Positions 60,213-64,000 of a DNA stretch of 64,000 nucleotides are shown here, in pieces. Both the position numbers and the translations under genes were made by a program. The notes below the pieces were generated by a model. It saw nothing but the letters and a program-made list of their open reading frames with translations, searched no databases and was not told the origin of the DNA. This DNA is from Schleiferiaceae bacterium (GTDB taxonomy: Bacteria > Bacteroidota > Bacteroidia > Flavobacteriales > Schleiferiaceae). The DNA lies in assembly GCA_965204625.1 (NCBI GenBank), contig CBDBET010000005.1, positions 112,385 to 176,384 on the forward strand, in the 5' to 3' direction. Every line of letters begins with the position of its first letter. The stretch's first letter is position 1.

Positions 60213-60243
60213 AAAAAGGCCCGGCTCCCTTTGGGGCCGGGCC
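60212..60243 (-). terminator. intrinsic terminator after the type-B CTD gene
   Basis: On the minus strand: GGCCCGGCCCC-AAA-GGGAGCCGGGCC (imperfect stem) followed by TTTTTT. Lies immediately upstream of uvrC. Confidence 0.75.
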
Positions 60244-60287
60244 AGTGTCCTCGTGTTTAACGAGTGGGGACTACGTTATTAAGAATG

Positions 60288-62498
60288 CTATTGGGCATCC
60301 ATAATAGTGATTGTACCGTTGACTGAATATTCATAGTCGTCGGAAGCATTCACTAATTCTAAAGTATACATGTATACACCGTCTGCTAGCTTCGTACCGT
60401 TTTGGTTGGTACCGCGCCATGGGTTGGCATTATCGTACAGGTATTCGCTCTGCCATACACGATCGCCCCATCTGTTGTAAATGGTCAACTGGCTTAGGTC
60501 CTTGTAATCATCAATGTTCTGTATGATAAAGCCATCATTTACATTATCACCGTTTGGAGTAATGAAGTTCGGAACTACCACGGTGTCAGGGTAAGGAGGC
60601 GTGTTAATGATGATTGGTAAACAGTTCGAATAGGCCGTGTACTGCGTATCTACAGGATCTGTAGTTCTGATACACACGCGGTATTCACCCGGCGCTAATT
60701 CTAAGAACATACGGTAGGTTGTATCTGGTGCGAGAACAGGGTTTTGAGGGGAAGCTACATGGTCGTGAATCCATTCGCCCATCCAAGTTCCGCCAATTTT
60801 CTCTTGTAAGAACACCGTATAACTATCAACAGCCCATCCATTGTACTGGTTCCAGATCAGGTCTACAGGAATAGTATCAGGATCAATGATTGGTACCATA
60901 CCGTTGCTACGTTCGAGAAGCACGCTTGCAATACTGTTCGTTTCTCCTTGCATGTCATCGTTGAGTTTCATGTCAACGCGGTATTCATAGCTGTCCTGGT
61001 CCACTTTAATAAAGCCAATTTGATTGTCTTTAAAGTCGTATTTGTATTGGTTGAAAACAGTACCAACTTTCTGGTATTGCGCCTGACCTGGATCCTTGCG
61101 GAAGATTTGCCACTCCTGGAAAAGGTAATCTGGGTACGACGAGGTATCAGCACTCCACTCAATTACTGGGTTCTGATCTTCTTCGATGGTTACATTCTCC
61201 ATTTCGTAGATAGCATTGAAACATCCTGTTACATTGAGCTGGATAGTATCAAATTCATTCATCGGGAAACCACATTTATTCAAGAGGGTATTTCCGTCAT
61301 TACCAACCTTCGAGTACAAGAAGTATTTTCCGTTTTTCGATAGCGGTTTGAACAGCTTAATGGTCATTTGGGTCGCTTCGTAGTTATTATCACAGTTGGC
61401 TGTGAAGGATTCAATCGCGAGCGGTTGACCATCGGGTTTCGTTAATCGGAAGTCTGTTCCATCAGGAGAGATGGATGAACAGTCTAGTTTTACTTTGAAT
61501 TTCAAGGTTACTGTAGAATCTAAACAGTTGTAATCTACTGTTGGAAGACCATTATCTGGATCTTGATAAATCCCTGGTGCCTGATAATCCAACTGGACTC
61601 CGGCTTGCGCATTCGGGGTACACGCAGAAGCAATGGCAATCTGCATATCACGGTTTACTTCACCAATTTTACGCCAAACGTAAAGAACGGAGTCGTAACG
61701 GTATTCATCGACTGTGACGGCCATTACATCAATCTCAACGGCTGAAGGCTTGAAAGTGATTAATCCTGAACTCGGATGCATGTAAAGCGAGTTCGCGGGG
61801 GATGTGGTAATGGGTTGATCGTACGTCCAGCCCGCTGCATAATTAATATTGGTAGGAGTACAGTTTGATCCTGCACCAGCTTTAACATGCGTAATTCTGT
61901 AGTATAAAGAATCGCCGTCTGGTTCAACAGCACTTTGCTTCCAGTTGAAAGTACGTCCAGTACAGAATGCACGTACAGGCTCACTGACAAATTCAGGAGA
62001 TGTGTTTTGACCGATCTGGTTGTTCAGCTTTGCCTCAATGTAGAAACCTTGAGACGAAGGATTGACGATGTTATCTACGGCAGGGTTACGACAACAGGTA
62101 GAGAAAGCAAAGGTCCAATCCGGAGCGTTACCGGGAAGTGTAATTTCTCCCTCATAGGTTACAACGTGTATGGTTACACCGGCACTTGATGAACTTACAC
62201 AATCAAACAAAGTAGGTGCAACTACTCCCGAGCCACTCGTTGATGGAGTGGTTTCTGTTAGCGTTGTACTTACTGTGGCATAGTTTGCAGAACAAGCGTA
62301 AATGGTTGCACTTGTCGGTAATGTGATACCATTATTATCACGGTACAGACGCATGATAATTTTGTATTTATGGCTGCTACCGGTCGAGCTGACATACTCG
62401 TACTGAAGGTCACCTCCAGCGTTGTGCGATGCCGAAGCATTTTGAACGAAAAATACGAGTGCTATGGCAGTAAAAAATGTTCTAAACAATGTTTTCAT
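60288..62498 (-). CDS. T9SS type-B C-terminal-domain (gliding-motility-associated CTD) surface protein
   Basis: 736 aa with a signal peptide. N-terminal HNAGGDLQYEY...MRLYRDNNG module, and C-terminal FITPNGDNVNDGFII...YNRWGDRVW...GVYMYTL (CHU_C/type-B CTD). Confidence 0.85.
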   Translation of the reverse strand: MKTLFRTFFTAIALVFFVQNASASHNAGGDLQYEYVSSTGSSHKYKIIMRLYRDNNGITLPTSATIYACSANYATVSTTLTETTPSTSGSGVVAPTLFDCVSSSSAGVTIHVVTYEGEITLPGNAPDWTFAFSTCCRNPAVDNIVNPSSQGFYIEAKLNNQIGQNTSPEFVSEPVRAFCTGRTFNWKQSAVEPDGDSLYYRITHVKAGAGSNCTPTNINYAAGWTYDQPITTSPANSLYMHPSSGLITFKPSAVEIDVMAVTVDEYRYDSVLYVWRKIGEVNRDMQIAIASACTPNAQAGVQLDYQAPGIYQDPDNGLPTVDYNCLDSTVTLKFKVKLDCSSISPDGTDFRLTKPDGQPLAIESFTANCDNNYEATQMTIKLFKPLSKNGKYFLYSKVGNDGNTLLNKCGFPMNEFDTIQLNVTGCFNAIYEMENVTIEEDQNPVIEWSADTSSYPDYLFQEWQIFRKDPGQAQYQKVGTVFNQYKYDFKDNQIGFIKVDQDSYEYRVDMKLNDDMQGETNSIASVLLERSNGMVPIIDPDTIPVDLIWNQYNGWAVDSYTVFLQEKIGGTWMGEWIHDHVASPQNPVLAPDTTYRMFLELAPGEYRVCIRTTDPVDTQYTAYSNCLPIIINTPPYPDTVVVPNFITPNGDNVNDGFIIQNIDDYKDLSQLTIYNRWGDRVWQSEYLYDNANPWRGTNQNGTKLADGVYMYTLELVNASDDYEYSVNGTITIMDAQ

Positions 62499-62588
62499 GA
62501 ACGTGAGTGTTTGTAAGCCTGAATAACTGAACCTTAAATATCTTCAATTCCTTGCTCTTACACAAATGAAATGAGTAAACGTTTAGCT

Positions 62589-63197
62589 TTAGTGAGAGAG
62601 TAATGTGTAAACGGTAGAAAACCCTAGTAAACCGCCGGATAGAAGCTCTTGAAGCGTGTGTCTTTTAAGACTAATACGGGACCAAGCAACAGCACTTAAT
62701 ATGAGTAACAAAAGGAGTAGGAATTCGGGGCCTCCTAAACCGTATCGCTGATGCAGTCGTAAAAACAAGGCAAAGAGCCCGGTTGCTCCGGCCATGTGTG
62801 CACTACTCTTGAAGTAAGGGATGAGAATGGTGCTCACAATGAGTACGAATGCAGTGCCGTAAACACTTAGGTATATTTCCTCAGGCGCCATGGCCTTTTT
62901 AAGAAACGCAGCAGTCGCTAATGCGCAGGCTGCACCAGTAATGTAAGGATAGATGCGATCTTCACGTTTGATCAGGTGTACACTAGAGATGATTTTTGTC
63001 GTTCGAAATAAAACGATCGCTATCAGTGGTGAGGCATACGTACCCACAAAGACGGTGGATGTTATTTTGAAAATAGTACTCCAAGAATACGTTTCGGGTA
63101 CAGACCAAAGCACAAACAAGGCGCCAACGGTCGGCATAATTCCCGGATGAAACAGGTAGCTGATGAACTGACTAAAGCCTTGTTTGAAACCGTGCAT
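62589..63197 (-). CDS. integral membrane protein, PAP2-like phosphatase family (tentative)
   Basis: 202 aa, about 6 TM, with imperfect PAP2 motifs SSAHMAG and SRISLKRHTLQE. Start abuts the rpoN stop (TAAATG). Confidence 0.45.
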   Translation of the reverse strand: MHGFKQGFSQFISYLFHPGIMPTVGALFVLWSVPETYSWSTIFKITSTVFVGTYASPLIAIVLFRTTKIISSVHLIKREDRIYPYITGAACALATAAFLKKAMAPEEIYLSVYGTAFVLIVSTILIPYFKSSAHMAGATGLFALFLRLHQRYGLGGPEFLLLLLLILSAVAWSRISLKRHTLQELLSGGLLGFSTVYTLLSH

Positions 63198-64000
63198 TTA
63201 GAGTTCTTTTCGCATTCTTGCCACTGGGATATCGAGCTGTTCTCTGTATTTAGCAACGGTACGACGGGCAATGGGATAACCTTTTTCTTTTAGAATTTTT
63301 GCCAGTGCGTCGTCGGTCATGGGTTTTCGTTTGTTCTCCTCAGCGACGGTGTCTTCTAGAATCTTCTTGATTTCCCGGGTACTGACCTCCTCACCGTCGG
63401 CATTGGTCATGGATTCGGAGAAAAACCGTTTGATCAGAAATGTACCGTATGGCGTCTGAATGTATTTGTTCGAAGCCACACGACTGACCGTAGATATGTC
63501 CATACCTATTTCTTCTGCAATATCTTTAAGAATCATAGGGCGAAGCTTGCGTTCGTCGCCGGTAAGAAAATAATCGCGTTGATAATTTAGAATGGACTGC
63601 ATCGTGAGCATTAAAGTCTGTTGACGCTGAACAATGGCGTCGATAAACCATTTAGCACTGTCCAATTTTTGCTTTACAAACAAGGCGGCTTCTTTCTCCG
63701 CTTTATTTTTCTCCTTACTGGCTTTATAGTGCTCAAGCATTTCGCGGTACTGATTGCTTAAGCTTAGTTCAGGAGCATTACGTCCGTTTAGCGTTAGCTC
63801 AAGCTCTTCATCTACAATCTGTAAGTTGTAATCGGGTATGACATTTTCTGTAGGCCGACTGAGATTGGAGGAACCGCCTGGTTTTGGGTTGAGTCTTCCG
63901 ATCTCCTCGATAGCGTCGCGGAGTTCATCCTCATTGACGCCTAACCGGTCCATCAATTTTTGATAGTGGCGCTTCACGAAGCTGTCAAAATAATCTTCCA
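63198..64000 (-). CDS. rpoN: RNA polymerase sigma-54 factor, C-terminal part (5' end beyond window)
   Basis: RpoN box IARRTVAKYREQL and an HTH (MILKDIAEEIGMDISTVSRV). The frame stays open to base 64000 (..EDYFDSFVKRHYQKL..). Confidence 0.93.
   Translation of the reverse strand, partial: EDYFDSFVKRHYQKLMDRLGVNEDELRDAIEEIGRLNPKPGGSSNLSRPTENVIPDYNLQIVDEELELTLNGRNAPELSLSNQYREMLEHYKASKEKNKAEKEAALFVKQKLDSAKWFIDAIVQRQQTLMLTMQSILNYQRDYFLTGDERKLRPMILKDIAEEIGMDISTVSRVASNKYIQTPYGTFLIKRFFSESMTNADGEEVSTREIKKILEDTVAEENKRKPMTDDALAKILKEKGYPIARRTVAKYREQLDIPVARMRKEL

Noticed and set aside
1-64000. Search by eye for rRNA, tRNA, tmRNA/RNase P-like RNAs, CRISPR arrays, IS/transposase, integrase, phage or defence-system genes.
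   Set aside because: Every intergenic gap over 75 nt (5319-5393, 6264-6587, 8211-8335, 9017-9218, 13714-13802, 23055-23221, 30208-30326, 36897-36975, 60201-60287, 62499-62588) holds only promoters or terminators. None shows a cloverleaf-like or repeat-spacer structure. No ORF resembles a recombinase or a known defence protein. A covariance-model scan (tRNAscan/Infernal) would be needed to exclude small ncRNAs formally.

Overview
This window looks like a gene-dense core-chromosome stretch of a Bacteroidota genome, probably Flavobacteriia-like. That call is an inference from gene content: a SusC/SusD pair, several T9SS C-terminal sorting domains, TAnnTTTG -7 promoter boxes, almost no Shine-Dalgarno spacing, and many TAATG/ATGA gene junctions.

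About 54 protein genes are supported:
- **Left end:** a PUL-like cluster (SusC, SusD, two small exported proteins, a GPH/SLC45-type sugar transporter, an AraC regulator) and a T9SS-secreted protein made of four CBM20/48-like modules.
- **Housekeeping blocks:** rimP-nusA-infB, tadA, aspS, purQ, asd, msrA, accBC, fabH, rpmF-yceD, pdxA, pepA, ribE, nadD-gmk-yicC, dut, gpsA, uvrC and rpoN (3' part).
- **Other:** a LytTR/LytS-type two-component pair, an AddB-like nuclease, a TPR/DUF4292/degenerate-M23 envelope module, and a LolA-like + MacB/FtsX-type ABC cluster followed by an iodotyrosine-deiodinase-like flavoprotein.

I found no rRNA, tRNA, CRISPR array, transposase, integrase, prophage or recognisable defence genes. 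I also see no clear-cut new system.

The observations most worth a second look:
1. A roughly 130-aa Arg/Asn/Gly/Lys-rich tail fused to PdxA.
2. The IYD-like dehalogenase homologue and its possible operon with the LolA-like ABC exporter.
3. A large BNR/PKD/T9SS gene broken by two +1 frameshifts.
4. A compositionally deviant lamin-tail-domain protein.
5. A terminator-like hairpin in the rimP-nusA-infB leader.
6. Two homologous terminator hairpins 5.5 kb apart.

All calls come from reading the sequence and ORF translations. No searches or computations were run.
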